Origin: Candidatus Spyradocola sp.
GTDB taxonomy: Bacteria > Bacillota > Clostridia > Christensenellales > UBA1750
Direction: 5' to 3'
Length of the DNA stretch: 64,000 nt
Assembly: GCA_050942925.1 (NCBI GenBank)
Contig: JBMNOF010000001.1
Span: 151,666 to 215,665, forward strand
The position numbers and the translations under genes were made by a program. The notes below the pieces were generated by a model. The model worked only from the letters and a program-made list of their open reading frames with translations, had not been told where the DNA came from and did not search any database. Below, one piece after another: positions 8,088 through 17,717 of this stretch (positions are counted from its first letter, which is position 1; each line of letters opens with the position of its first letter).

Positions 8088-8115
8088 AAAATCCCCCGAT
8101 GTAAATCGAAATCGT
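8088..8115 (-). promoter_or_regulatory. Candidate noc promoter
   Basis: On the minus strand: TTTACA (8110-8115), 16 nt, TATAAT (8088-8093). parS lies about 30 nt downstream of the -10. Confidence 0.45.
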
Positions 8116-8249
8116 ATGCGAGGAATCGACAACCTGAAAAGACTCTTTGTCGTATTTCAGGGTCAATTTCCTCGCATGATGCGATTTTCATCGGAGGATT
8201 GACACAGTTTGTCGGGAAATATGATGCGAAAGTTTCGGAAATTCCTCTT

Positions 8250-8960
8250 TTACAGCGGATCGCGCGTGGGGGTGCCCGCCTTGCGCGGGTAGGCCTTTGG
8301 CGTCGGCCGCTCCTTGTCCACGAGGAAGAGGTTGTGCCTCCAGTCCCGGTTAGGGATGTCGTAGGGAATGGGTTCGCGGGCCTTTCCCCCCAAGAGGAAG
8401 AGCGCACGGCGCGCGGCATGGGCTTCCTCCTCCACGCCCGGGCCCTTCCAACAGATGGCCACCCCGCCCCGGCGGACGCAGGGCAGCAAATACTCCATCA
8501 GCGGCGAGAGCGAGGCGAGGGCGCGCGCCATGGCCACATCGTATTGCTCGCGATGGGCGGCCTGGTGCGAGAACTCCTCCGCGCGCATGTGGACGATCTC
8601 CGCGGAAAGCCCCAATCGGTCCAGGACCTCGCGCAGGAACAGCAGGCGCTTGTTGAGCGAGTCCACAAGCGTCAGCTTCAGGTCCGGCCGGGCGATGAGC
8701 AGCGGGATGCCGGGAAAGCCCGCGCCCGTCCCGACGTCCACGGCGCGCGCCCCCTGCGGGAGCAGGCCCAGGGCCGCGGGGGCCAGGCTGTCGAGGAAGT
8801 GCCGGTCCACGGCCTCCTCGGGTTCGAGTACGGTGGTCAGGTTCATGCGCGCATTCCCCTCCACGAGGAGCGCATGATAGAGCTGGAAGCGCTCAGCGGC
8901 CTCCGGTGAAAGCGCAAGACCCATCTGCTGGGCGCCCTGCCGCACGCGGTCTGCGATCAC
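8250..8960 (-). CDS. rsmG: 16S rRNA m7G527 methyltransferase RsmG (GidB)
   Basis: 236 aa containing NLTTV...VDVGTGAGFPGIPL; synteny with mnmG. Confidence 0.9.
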   Translation of the reverse strand: MIADRVRQGAQQMGLALSPEAAERFQLYHALLVEGNARMNLTTVLEPEEAVDRHFLDSLAPAALGLLPQGARAVDVGTGAGFPGIPLLIARPDLKLTLVDSLNKRLLFLREVLDRLGLSAEIVHMRAEEFSHQAAHREQYDVAMARALASLSPLMEYLLPCVRRGGVAICWKGPGVEEEAHAARRALFLLGGKAREPIPYDIPNRDWRHNLFLVDKERPTPKAYPRKAGTPTRDPL

Positions 8961-10828
8961 GACTTTCTCTCCCTTCTCCTCTGTTCCAGTTTAATCATCA
9001 GAACGGCAATATCCCCTGGCGAGACGCCGGAGATCCTCTGCGCGGCGCCAAGCGTTTCCGGGCGAATGCGCTCCAGCTTTTGCTGCGCCTCGATGCGCAG
9101 GCCCTTGATGTCGGCATAGCACAGATCTTGGGGAATCTTGACGTTTTCTGTCCTTTGGAATGCCTCGACCTGGCGGCGCTGGCGCTCCAGATACCCCTCG
9201 TACCGGAGATGAATCTCCGCCTGCTCCGCGACGTTGTCCGGAACGTCCGGGATCGCCGGGTCCATCTGCCGGAGATCGGCGTAGCGCACGCCCGCGCGCC
9301 GGAGCAGATCCGCCGCGGAAATCCCGCTGGAAACGGTCCCCTCCCCCAGGACGCGATTGACCTCCTCTGCGCGCAGATGCGTCTTTGGCAAGAGTTTTAG
9401 GAGATCATATGTTCCCCTTTTCTTTTCCTCCATGCGGGCCAGGCGCTCGTCGGAGGCGAGTCCGGCCTTCCAGCCGATCTCCGTCAGGCGGAGGTCGGCG
9501 TTGTCCTGGCGCAGGAGCAGGCGGTACTCGGCGCGGCTGGTCATCATGCGGTAGGGCTCGTTGGTGCCCTTGCCGGTGAGGTCGTCGACGAGCACGCCGA
9601 TGTAGGCGTCCGCGCGGGAGAGCCGGAGCGGCGGCCGGCCGCTGAGCTTGAGCGCGGCGTTCATGCCGGCGTACAGCCCCTGCGCCGCGGCCTCCTCATA
9701 GCCGGAGGAACCGTTGATCTGCCCGGCAAAGAAGAGGTTCTCCACGCCCTTTGCCTCGAGGGTCGGGCGAAGGAGGGTGGGGTCGATGCAGTCGTATTCA
9801 ATCGCATAGGCCAGGCGCGTGAGCTGCACGTGCTCCAAGCCGGGGATGGAGCGGTAGACGGCCCACTGCACGTCCTCGGGCAGCGAGGAGGACATGCCCT
9901 GCACGTACCACTCGAGCGTGTCCAGCCCCTCGGGCTCCAGGAAGAGGGGGTGGCGCTCCCGGTCGGCAAAGCGGACGACCTTGTCCTCGATGGAGGGGCA
10001 GTACCGCGGCCCGACGCCATGGATGTCGCCGGAGAACAGAGGCGCCCGGTGGAGGTTTTCGCGGATGATGCGGTGGGTTTCCGGGGTGGTGTAGCCGAGG
10101 TAGCAGGAAATCTGCTCCTTTTCCAGGCGATCGTTCAGGAAGGAAAAGGGGACAATGTGCTCGTCGCCGGGCTGCTCCTCGAACTTGGAAAAGTCGACGG
10201 TGCGGCAGTCGATGCGCGCGGGGGTTCCGGTCTTAAAGCGGCGGAGCGGGAAGTCGAGCCGCTCCAGCGCGCCGGAGAGGGCCTTTGCATTGCCCAACCC
10301 GGAGGGGCCGGAGTCGGCGTGCGTCTCGCCCACGATGACGCGGCTCTTGAGGTAGACGCCGGTGGCGACGATGGCCGCCGCGCAAGGGTAGAGCGCGCCG
10401 GTGGTCGTGCGCACGCCGCTGACGCGGCCGCCGGTGGTTTCGATGGCCTCGACCTCGCCCTGGCGGAGGGTCAAGCGGTCCTGGTGCTGCAGGGCATGCA
10501 GCATGCGCCGCTGGTACTGCTTTTTATCGGCCTGGGCGCGCAGGGAGTGCACGGCCGGGCCTTTGCCCGTGTTGAGCATGCGGGACTGAAGAAACGTGTC
10601 GTCGATGGCGCGGCCCATCTCCCCGCCCAGGGCGTCGATCTCGCGGACGAGGTGGCCCTTTGCCGTGCCCCCGATGGAGGGATTGCAGGGCATGAGCGCG
10701 ACGCCGTCCATGTTGAGGGTGAGCAGGAGGGTCTTGTGCCCCATGCGGGCGCAGGCGAGCGCGGCCTCGCAGCCGGCGTGCCCTGCGCCCACCACGACGA
10801 CCTCATAGCTTTCCAAGGTAAACGACAT
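8957..10828 (-). CDS. mnmG: tRNA uridine-5-carboxymethylaminomethyl synthesis enzyme MnmG (GidA)
   Basis: MSFTLESYEVVVVGAGHAGCEAALACARMG... The start is taken at the ATG at 10826-10828, with the SD GTGAGGA. The track ORF starts 11 codons earlier, inside mnmE. Confidence 0.95.
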   Translation of the reverse strand: MSFTLESYEVVVVGAGHAGCEAALACARMGHKTLLLTLNMDGVALMPCNPSIGGTAKGHLVREIDALGGEMGRAIDDTFLQSRMLNTGKGPAVHSLRAQADKKQYQRRMLHALQHQDRLTLRQGEVEAIETTGGRVSGVRTTTGALYPCAAAIVATGVYLKSRVIVGETHADSGPSGLGNAKALSGALERLDFPLRRFKTGTPARIDCRTVDFSKFEEQPGDEHIVPFSFLNDRLEKEQISCYLGYTTPETHRIIRENLHRAPLFSGDIHGVGPRYCPSIEDKVVRFADRERHPLFLEPEGLDTLEWYVQGMSSSLPEDVQWAVYRSIPGLEHVQLTRLAYAIEYDCIDPTLLRPTLEAKGVENLFFAGQINGSSGYEEAAAQGLYAGMNAALKLSGRPPLRLSRADAYIGVLVDDLTGKGTNEPYRMMTSRAEYRLLLRQDNADLRLTEIGWKAGLASDERLARMEEKKRGTYDLLKLLPKTHLRAEEVNRVLGEGTVSSGISAADLLRRAGVRYADLRQMDPAIPDVPDNVAEQAEIHLRYEGYLERQRRQVEAFQRTENVKIPQDLCYADIKGLRIEAQQKLERIRPETLGAAQRISGVSPGDIAVLMIKLEQRRRERKS

Positions 10829-10835
10829 AGGGTCC

Positions 10836-12200
10836 TCACTTTCCAAGGCAGAACTTTTCAAAGATGCGGTCGATCACGTCTTCTGTGGCGGATTCGCCGG
10901 TGATCGCGCCCAGGGCCTCCCAGGCGGCGCGCAGGTCGAGCGCCGCGCAGTCCAGCGTCCGGTCCTGCAGGGCGGCAAGCGCGCTCTCCAGGGCGCGCAG
11001 GGCCTCCTTGGCGGCCTGCACGTGTCTTTCGTTGGTCAAATAGGCCTCCTCGGGAGAAGCGCCGCGCAGGGCAGCCTCGTAGAGGGCATGGCGGAGTTCC
11101 TCGATGCCCTCGCCCGTCCGGGCGGAGGTGAGCTGGATGGCAAAGGCCTGCGTGCCCTGCAGGGCGGCGCGCACGTCCTCGACGCCCGTGCGCATGTTGA
11201 GGTCGGTCTTGTTGAGCGCGACGACCAAGGGGATCTGCGTCTCGCGAAGGAGGGCGCGCTCCTCCGGCAGGAGCTCGCGGGCGCTGTCCAGCACGAGCAG
11301 GGCGACGTCCGCGCGGCGGAGTTCCTCGCGGGCGCGGTCGATGCCGGCGCGCTCGACGGCGTCCTCCGCGCTGCGCAGGCCAGCGGTATCGGAGATCTGC
11401 ACGGGCAGGCCAAAGAGGTCGAGGTCCTCGCGCAGGACGTCGCGGGTGGTGCCGGCGATGTCGGTGACGATGGCGCGCTGCTCGCGCAGAAGGCAGTTGA
11501 GCAGAGAGGACTTGCCCGTGTTCGGGCTGCCGGCCAGGACGATGCGCACACCGGCGCTGAGCATCTTCCCGGCCCGCGCGTTGCGGACGGCCTCCTCCAG
11601 CTCCCTGCGGACGGCTTCGGCCTCCTGCGAGGCGCGCTGCGCGGTCAGCGGCTCGATGTCCTCATCCGGGTAGTCGAGCGTTGCCTCGATGTAGGCGATG
11701 GTATCCAGCAGCTGGTTCTGCAATTCATGGATGCGGCGGGAGAGGTATCCGCCCATCTGCTGGAGGCTGGCATGCGCCGCGCGGAAGGTGCGGGCGGAGA
11801 TGAGGTCCATGACGCTTTCGGCCTGCGCAAGATCGATGCGCCCGCCCAGGAATGCGCGCTTAGTGAACTCGCCCGGCTCGGCCAGGCGCGCCCCCGCGCG
11901 GAGCACGGCGTCCAGGACCTCCTGCGCGGTGACGGCGCCGCCATGGCACTGGAGCTCCGCGACGTCCTCCGTTGTATAGGTGTGCGGCCCCTTCATGTAG
12001 ACGGCCATGCACTCGTCCACGCGCCGCTCCCCGTCATAGACGTCTCCATAGGTCAAGCGATGCGAGGGCATCGCACAATTTGTTCGATGTGGGCGAAAGA
12101 CGCGCGACAAAACGTCCTTTGCCTTGGGCCCCGACACGCGGATGATGGCGATTCCGCCCAAGCCCACGGCTGTAGCGATGGAAGCGATGGTATCCTCCAT
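10836..12200 (-). CDS. mnmE: tRNA modification GTPase MnmE (TrmE)
   Basis: 454 aa containing GSPNTGKSSLLN, DTAGLR and a C-terminal FCLGK. Confidence 0.95.
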   Translation of the reverse strand: MEDTIASIATAVGLGGIAIIRVSGPKAKDVLSRVFRPHRTNCAMPSHRLTYGDVYDGERRVDECMAVYMKGPHTYTTEDVAELQCHGGAVTAQEVLDAVLRAGARLAEPGEFTKRAFLGGRIDLAQAESVMDLISARTFRAAHASLQQMGGYLSRRIHELQNQLLDTIAYIEATLDYPDEDIEPLTAQRASQEAEAVRRELEEAVRNARAGKMLSAGVRIVLAGSPNTGKSSLLNCLLREQRAIVTDIAGTTRDVLREDLDLFGLPVQISDTAGLRSAEDAVERAGIDRAREELRRADVALLVLDSARELLPEERALLRETQIPLVVALNKTDLNMRTGVEDVRAALQGTQAFAIQLTSARTGEGIEELRHALYEAALRGASPEEAYLTNERHVQAAKEALRALESALAALQDRTLDCAALDLRAAWEALGAITGESATEDVIDRIFEKFCLGK

Positions 12201-12228
12201 TTTGTCCTTTCCTCTTTTCCTGCCGTTT

Positions 12229-12263
12229 CAAAAAAAGCGGCGCCGAAGTGCATCGGCCGCCGC
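12229..12263 (-). terminator. Intrinsic terminator after jag
   Basis: GC-rich hairpin GCGGCGGCCGatgcacttCGGCGCCGC, followed on the minus strand by T7. Confidence 0.7.
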
Positions 12264-12295
12264 TGCAAACTATGCGGTTTTCCCCTCTGCCGCCC

Positions 12296-12916
12296 TTATG
12301 CGCGCTTGGGCGCGATGACCACGCGGCGGTTGGGTTCCTCTCCTTCAGAGTGGGTGGTGACGTAGGGATTGTCCTGGAGCGTGGAGTGCAGGATTCTCCG
12401 CTCATAGGGGTTCATGGGCTCCAGCACCATGCGGCGCCCGCTGCGCTGCACCTTGGCGGCCATGCGGTTGGCCAGGTTGATGAGCGTCTGCTCGCGCTTG
12501 GCGCGGTAACCCTCGGTGTCGAGCGTGACGCGGCGGTAGTCCTTTCCGCCCTTGTTGACGAGGAGGGAGGTCAGGTACTGCAAGGCGTCGAGCGTCTCGC
12601 CGCGGTGTCCGATGAGGATGCCCTGGTTATCGCCCTGCATCTCGATGCGCAGAGCTTCCTCCTGGTCCTGGACGCTGAGAACGACGTCCAGCCCCATGAG
12701 CTCGGTCACGTTCTGAAGGAATTCCTCCGCGCGCAGGGCAGGCGTGTCCTTTTTCGTCAAGCGAAGGCGATAGGGCTTTGCGCCGATGCCGAGGAAGCCC
12801 TTGGATCCCTCCTCCAGCACTTCGACGTCGACCTTGTCGGACGGGAGGCCCATCTGGGCAAGGCCCGCCATCAACGCCTCTTCATAGGTCTTTCCGGTTG
12901 CCTCAAGTGTTTTCAT
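12296..12916 (-). CDS. jag: Jag/KhpB RNA-binding protein (Jag_N-KH-R3H)
   Basis: 206 aa ending in an R3H-type motif (LEPMNPYERRILHSTLQ); synteny after yidC. Confidence 0.9.
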   Translation of the reverse strand: MKTLEATGKTYEEALMAGLAQMGLPSDKVDVEVLEEGSKGFLGIGAKPYRLRLTKKDTPALRAEEFLQNVTELMGLDVVLSVQDQEEALRIEMQGDNQGILIGHRGETLDALQYLTSLLVNKGGKDYRRVTLDTEGYRAKREQTLINLANRMAAKVQRSGRRMVLEPMNPYERRILHSTLQDNPYVTTHSEGEEPNRRVVIAPKRA

Positions 12917-12958
12917 GGGGAAAAAGACCTCCTGTCTTGCAAAGCGAAGGGGAACGGG

Positions 12959-13840
12959 TTAATTTTCCTGCAGCTGCGCCTTTTTCTTGGCCTTGTAATC
13001 GGCGTAGAAGTTGAAGCCGACGTAGGTGATGATCATGTAGATGTTGCTCGTCACCCAGTACAGGGCGAACGCGCCGTTGTACTGCCAGCAGAAGAAGACG
13101 GAGATCAGCGGGAAGATGTAGTTCATCATCTTCTGGTTCTGCGCCTGGGGGTTATTGCGCTGCGCGGCCGTCTGCTTGCCGTTCATGAGCCAAGTGGTGA
13201 AGTACTGGGAGGCGCCGGCCAGGATGGGCAGGATGGCCCAGCCGTTGGAGACGCCGGTGTTGTACATTTCCATGACGGGCTTCATGACAATCTCATAGTT
13301 TGCGCGGACGACGTTGAGCACGTCGGTGTTGAGCAAATCGTTTCCGCTCACGGCGCTGAGGTTGACGGAGATCTCGCTCAAAGTGGGGATGACGTTGGCC
13401 ATGATGTTATCCGGCTGCCAGATGTTGCGAATCCACAGGAAGCTCTCCGGCTGAAAGGGGATTCCCTGGGTAACCTGCTGGACCATGAGGACAGCCTGCT
13501 CGCCGGCGATATGCCGCATGACGGCGAACATCGCGTACAGGATGGGGAGCTGAATCAGCATGGGGAGGCAGCCGCCCATGGGGTTGACCTTTTCCTTCTT
13601 GTAGAGCTCCATGGTCTTTGCGGAGCGCTTTTCGGGGTCTTTTTCGTACTTGCGGTTAATCTCCTCGATCTTGGGCTGGATATCCTGCATCTTGCGCATG
13701 GAATGGCGCTGCTTGATGTCCAACGGCAGCAGGACGAGCTTTACGGCGAGCGTAAAGAGGATGATGGCGACGCCGTAGGAGCCGACCCAGCTGTAGAGTA
13801 GGTCCACGACCCAGCGCAGCGGCGTGATGATAAAACTCAC
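12959..13840 (-). CDS. yidC: Membrane protein insertase YidC/SpoIIIJ family
   Basis: 293 aa. GTG start with the SD GGGAGGAG. Contains LPLDIKQRHSMRKMQDIQPKIEEINRKY...GGCLPMLIQLPI. Confidence 0.95.
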   Translation of the reverse strand: MSFIITPLRWVVDLLYSWVGSYGVAIILFTLAVKLVLLPLDIKQRHSMRKMQDIQPKIEEINRKYEKDPEKRSAKTMELYKKEKVNPMGGCLPMLIQLPILYAMFAVMRHIAGEQAVLMVQQVTQGIPFQPESFLWIRNIWQPDNIMANVIPTLSEISVNLSAVSGNDLLNTDVLNVVRANYEIVMKPVMEMYNTGVSNGWAILPILAGASQYFTTWLMNGKQTAAQRNNPQAQNQKMMNYIFPLISVFFCWQYNGAFALYWVTSNIYMIITYVGFNFYADYKAKKKAQLQEN

Positions 13841-13894
13841 TTTTTTGTACTCCTCCCATGCGAAACTATGCGAAAAAGGCTCCCCTCCTCTTCC

Positions 13895-14104
13895 CTAGGG
13901 AACAGGATCATAGCCCCCGTCGTGGAACGGGTGGCATTTGAGTATGCGCCGGAGCGCGAGCCATCCGCCCTTGCACGCGCCATACTTTCCGATGGCCTCC
14001 AGGGCATACGCCGAGCAGGTGGGATAGAACCTGCAGCAGGGCGGAAACAACGGAGAGATAAAGCGCCTGTAAAATCGAATTAGAAAAAGAAGAACCGTCT
14101 TCAT
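13895..14104 (-). CDS. yidD: Membrane protein insertion efficiency factor YidD
   Basis: 69 aa containing [28 protein letters not shown]. Confidence 0.9.
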   Translation of the reverse strand: MKTVLLFLIRFYRRFISPLFPPCCRFYPTCSAYALEAIGKYGACKGGWLALRRILKCHPFHDGGYDPVP

Positions 14105-14457
14105 GCTTTCCCTTTTTCGCCCGTCCCCTGCGTCTTGTAGAGGTGCTGGCGCGTCAAAAGGTTATCCACGCTTCGCTCCATGCGGTGAAAGTCCGCCTCC
14201 ACCGCGCCGGAGCGCGCGATCCATACATAATAGCCGCACTTGAGGTGCGGAATCTTCGGGCGGATGCTCTCGCGCAGCAAGCGCTTGATGTGGTTGCGCT
14301 GCACCGCGCCGCCCAACTTTTTGCTCACGGAAAAGCCGATGCGCAGCTTGCCCTGCCGCACAAACAGCAAAACCAGCTCGCGGTTTGCCTGGGATTTTCC
14401 ACGGCGATAGACGAACTGGAACGCGCTGTTTTCCTTGAGCGAGTACACTCGTTTCAC
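14101..14457 (-). CDS. rnpA: RNase P protein component
   Basis: [32 protein letters not shown]...[13 protein letters not shown] 14455-14457 is chosen because the track ORF (to 14619) would overlap rpmH. The alignment to B. subtilis RnpA begins here. Confidence 0.8.
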   Translation of the reverse strand: MKRVYSLKENSAFQFVYRRGKSQANRELVLLFVRQGKLRIGFSVSKKLGGAVQRNHIKRLLRESIRPKIPHLKCGYYVWIARSGAVEADFHRMERSVDNLLTRQHLYKTQGTGEKGKA

Positions 14458-14491
14458 GAAACGTCTCTGCACCGGGGGCCGACCCACCGAT

Positions 14492-14520
14492 GCAAAAGCC
14501 TTTGCCGCCGGGGCAAAAGG
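14492..14520 (-). terminator. Weak terminator or attenuator between rpmH and rnpA
   Basis: On the minus strand: CCTTTTGCCccggcGGCAAAGG followed by CTTTTGC. Confidence 0.4.
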
Positions 14521-14575
14521 CGCGGCAGCACGCTGTCCGCGCCGGATACAACTTCCCCCGAGCGCTCCGCTCTCT

Positions 14576-14710
14576 TTAGGCGGAGAGAACCTTGCGGCCC
14601 TTGGCGCGGCGGCGGGCAAGCACCTTGCGACCGTTCTTGGTCTTCATGCGGGCACGGAAGCCGTGCACCTTGGCGCGCTGACGCTTCTTGGGCTGGAACG
14701 TCATCCACAT
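14576..14710 (-). CDS. rpmH: 50S ribosomal protein L34
   Basis: Too short for the track. My translation is [44 protein letters not shown] (44 aa). Confidence 0.9.
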   Translation of the reverse strand: MWMTFQPKKRQRAKVHGFRARMKTKNGRKVLARRRAKGRKVLSA

Positions 14711-15145
14711 CTGTCTTCACACCCCTTATCCATAAAATGAAAACACTGCTCTACCTACAAAACAGCGATTGTATTATAAGGCTTCTCTCTCTTTTCTGTC
14801 AAGCAAAGTCTGAACTTTTTACATCCTTTCGGGCAGTCTCCGGGCGGAATTCGTCAAATTGAATGAATTCCAAAGGCAATTCCGTGAAAAAGAATCAAAG
14901 TGTCGGATAAACCAAAAACTGTGGATAACTTTGTGAAAAAGCATTGCATCCAGGGGATTTTTTTGTTATGATGACTTGTGTGTCCCCATGGAGAGGATGC
15001 GATCACAGTTTCGTTATCCACAAACTGTGGATAACCTTGTGGATATTCTTTCAAAATACTGTGCATATCGACCTGGGATTTCCACATCCAACGGGTCGAG
15101 CGGAACGGTGTTTCCGTTTTGTGCCGCTTTTTAGGAGGAGAACCT
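14711..15145. other. oriC: oriC part 1: rpmH-dnaA intergenic DnaA-box cluster plus the dnaA promoter region
   Basis: Perfect boxes TGTGGATAA 14920-14928, TTATCCACA 15014-15022 and TGTGGATAA 15026-15034. One-mismatch box TGTGGATAT 15038-15046. AT-rich tract 14736-14790. The gene strand switches here. Confidence 0.75.
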
Positions 15146-16477
15146 GTGGACAACCCAAGCGCAAAGGAGATCTGGGACAAAGCCTCCCAGCTCATCAAGT
15201 CCGAGATCAACGGCATTTCGTATGACTCTTGGTTCAAGGACATCGTGCCTGTTTCCTTTGACGGCCAGGTCCTGACGTTGCTTGTGAACATCGAATTCAT
15301 CCGCAACATGCTGCGCAACAATTACGACCAGCTCATCCAGGCGGCGCTGATGCAGGCGGCCGGGGAGCCGATTCGCTACGTTGTGCGCATTCCCTCGGAG
15401 ATGAACGCGCCCAGGGGGGAGGCGCCCGCGCGCCCGAACGCCGTGGCCTCCATGCTCAATCCCAAGTACACCTTCTCCACCTACGTCATCGGCAAGTCCA
15501 ACAACTTTGCGCATGCGGCCGCCTATGCCGTCTCGCAAAGCCCGGGCGATACGTATAACCCCCTCTTCCTCTATTCCGGAGTGGGGCTTGGAAAGACGCA
15601 CCTCATGCACGCCATCGGCCACGCTATATTGGAAAAGAATCCGCAGGCGCGCATTCTCTACATCACTTCCGAAACGTTTACCAACGATTTGATCAACGCC
15701 ATCTCCTCCAACACCAACAGCGAGTTCCGCAACCGCTACCGCAACGTGGACGTGCTGATGGTGGACGATATCCAGTTCATCGCCGGCAAGGAACAGACGC
15801 AGGAAGAGTTCTTCCACACCTTCAACGCCCTCTACGAGGCGCGCAAGCAGATCGTCATTTCCTCCGATAAGCCGCCCAAGGACATTCCCACACTCGAGGA
15901 GCGCCTTCGCTCCCGGTTTGAGTGGGGCTTGATCGCGGACATCTCCAAGCCGGATTTGGAAACGCGCATCGCCATTTTGCGCAAAAAGGCGGAGCTGGAA
16001 AACCTGGACGTGCCGGACGAGGTCAACGCCTACATCGCCTCCAAGGTCGAGAGCAACATCCGAGAGCTCGAAGGATGCCTGACGCGCGTGCTGGCCTATG
16101 CCAAGGCCAACGGCGGCGGCGCGCCCGTGACCGAGGCCCTGGCCGCGGAAGCCCTGCGGGACATGCTGCCCGTCAAGGACCCCCGGCGCATCACCACCGA
16201 CCTCATCATGGCCATCGTCGCGGAATACTACTCGGTCTCTGTCGAGGACCTCAAGTCCAAGCGCCGGAACCGGGAGATCACCGTCCCCCGCCAGATCGCC
16301 ATGTACCTCACCCGCGAGCTCAACGGCGCGTCGCTTCCGCGCATCGGCCTGGAGTTTGGCGGCCGGGACCACACCACCGTCATCCACGCCTGCGACAAGG
16401 TCGCCGAGGACATCAAGCGCGACGCGGCGCTCAAGGGCACGATCGAAACGCTCAAGAAGCGCATTCAGGGCGCGTAA
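15146..16477 (+). CDS. dnaA: Chromosomal replication initiator DnaA
   Basis: GTG start with the SD TAGGAGGAG. Contains GVGLGKTHLMHAIG, the Walker A motif, and a C-terminal box-binding domain (RNREITVPRQIAMYLTRELNGASLPRIG). Confidence 0.95.
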   Translation: MDNPSAKEIWDKASQLIKSEINGISYDSWFKDIVPVSFDGQVLTLLVNIEFIRNMLRNNYDQLIQAALMQAAGEPIRYVVRIPSEMNAPRGEAPARPNAVASMLNPKYTFSTYVIGKSNNFAHAAAYAVSQSPGDTYNPLFLYSGVGLGKTHLMHAIGHAILEKNPQARILYITSETFTNDLINAISSNTNSEFRNRYRNVDVLMVDDIQFIAGKEQTQEEFFHTFNALYEARKQIVISSDKPPKDIPTLEERLRSRFEWGLIADISKPDLETRIAILRKKAELENLDVPDEVNAYIASKVESNIRELEGCLTRVLAYAKANGGGAPVTEALAAEALRDMLPVKDPRRITTDLIMAIVAEYYSVSVEDLKSKRRNREITVPRQIAMYLTRELNGASLPRIGLEFGGRDHTTVIHACDKVAEDIKRDAALKGTIETLKKRIQGA

Positions 16478-16527
16478 CGCGGAAAGAGAGAAAAGCGCCT
16501 GTTTCCTGAAACGGAGGGTTGGAAAAA

Positions 16528-17631
16528 ATGAAATTCATTTGTCAGAAAGAGGACCTGATGCAGGGCCTTTCCGTGGCCTCCAAGGCCAGCGCCACGCGTT
16601 CGCCGCAGGCCGTGCTGGAGTGCGTGTCCATCGCGGCGGATCTTTCCGGCGTGCGGCTGCAGTGCACGGACCTGCAAATGGGCATTGAAACGACGCTCCC
16701 GGCCATGGTCGCCGAGGAAGGGCGCGTGCTGCTCAACGCGCGCCTGCTCAACGAAATCGTGCGCAAGCTCCCCGACGGCGAGGTCACCCTCTCCGTCAGC
16801 GGCTCCAACCGCGCCACGATCAGCGCCGCAGGCTCCAAGACGACGCTGCAGGGCATGTCCGCGCAGGACTTCCCGCAGCTGCCCGCCGTGCCGGAGGACG
16901 ACCCCATCGAACTTCCCCAGGTCCTTCTGCGCGACATGATCCGCGAGACGGGCTTTGCCGTGGCCGCGGACGACGCGCGCCCGATCCTGATGGGCATCTA
17001 CCTGGAGGTAGAGGACGACGTTTTGACGCTCGTCGCGCTGGATGGCTTCCGACTTGCCCGCAGAAAGGGCAAGCTCCTCTCCCCCGCGGGCAAGGTTTCG
17101 GCCGTGGTCTCGGGGCATTACCTGATTGAGGCGGGCAAGATTTTGGGCGACGACGACGCGCCGGTGACGCTGGCGCTGTCCAAGACGCACCTGCTCCTTC
17201 GCACATCGGGCTTTACGGTCATCATCCGCCTGCTGGAGGGCGAGTACATTAAGTACCGCCAGCTCTTGCCGCCGAGCTACGCCATCTCCACCCGCGTCTC
17301 CCGCGGGGAGCTTGCGGATTGCATCGACCGCGCGTCCCTCATGGCGCGCGAGGGCAAGAACAACCTCCTTCGCTTCTCGATCCGCCAGGACAAGCTCTCT
17401 ATCACCTCGAATTCCGAGATGGGCGACGTCTACGAGGAAATGGAGGTCCAGACCACGGGCAACGACATCGACATCGCCTTCAACGTCCGCTACATCACGG
17501 ACGCGGTCAAGTCCATCGACGAGGAGCAGTTCCTCATCAAGCTCAACTCGAACATCTCGCCCTGCGTCCTGGTTCCCACCGAGGGCGAGGATTTCCTCTA
17601 CCTGGTGCTGCCGGTCCGCACGGCGGGCTAG
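16528..17631 (+). CDS. dnaN: DNA polymerase III beta sliding clamp
   Basis: MKFICQKEDLMQGLSV... 367 aa. Only 50 nt after the dnaA stop. Confidence 0.95.
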   Translation: MKFICQKEDLMQGLSVASKASATRSPQAVLECVSIAADLSGVRLQCTDLQMGIETTLPAMVAEEGRVLLNARLLNEIVRKLPDGEVTLSVSGSNRATISAAGSKTTLQGMSAQDFPQLPAVPEDDPIELPQVLLRDMIRETGFAVAADDARPILMGIYLEVEDDVLTLVALDGFRLARRKGKLLSPAGKVSAVVSGHYLIEAGKILGDDDAPVTLALSKTHLLLRTSGFTVIIRLLEGEYIKYRQLLPPSYAISTRVSRGELADCIDRASLMAREGKNNLLRFSIRQDKLSITSNSEMGDVYEEMEVQTTGNDIDIAFNVRYITDAVKSIDEEQFLIKLNSNISPCVLVPTEGEDFLYLVLPVRTAG

Positions 17632-17717
17632 CGACAGGGAATTCCGGGGGAAAGGCAGCCGGGCCGAAAGAAAGGCGGGCGAGCCTTTCCCCCTTTTGCT
17701 TTGCCGGGAGGAAAGAC

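Noticed and set aside
14450-14463. parS-like CGTTTCACGAAACG
   Set aside because: It lacks the central CG-TG core (one base short of the 16-mer) and lies at the rnpA start. It is most likely coincidental.
14458-14619. N-terminal extension of the rnpA ORF
   Set aside because: It would overlap rpmH, is Ala/Pro/Arg-rich and has no similarity to RnpA. The homology begins at GTG 14457.
15131-16387. 418-aa minus-strand ORF
   Set aside because: Antisense shadow of dnaA.
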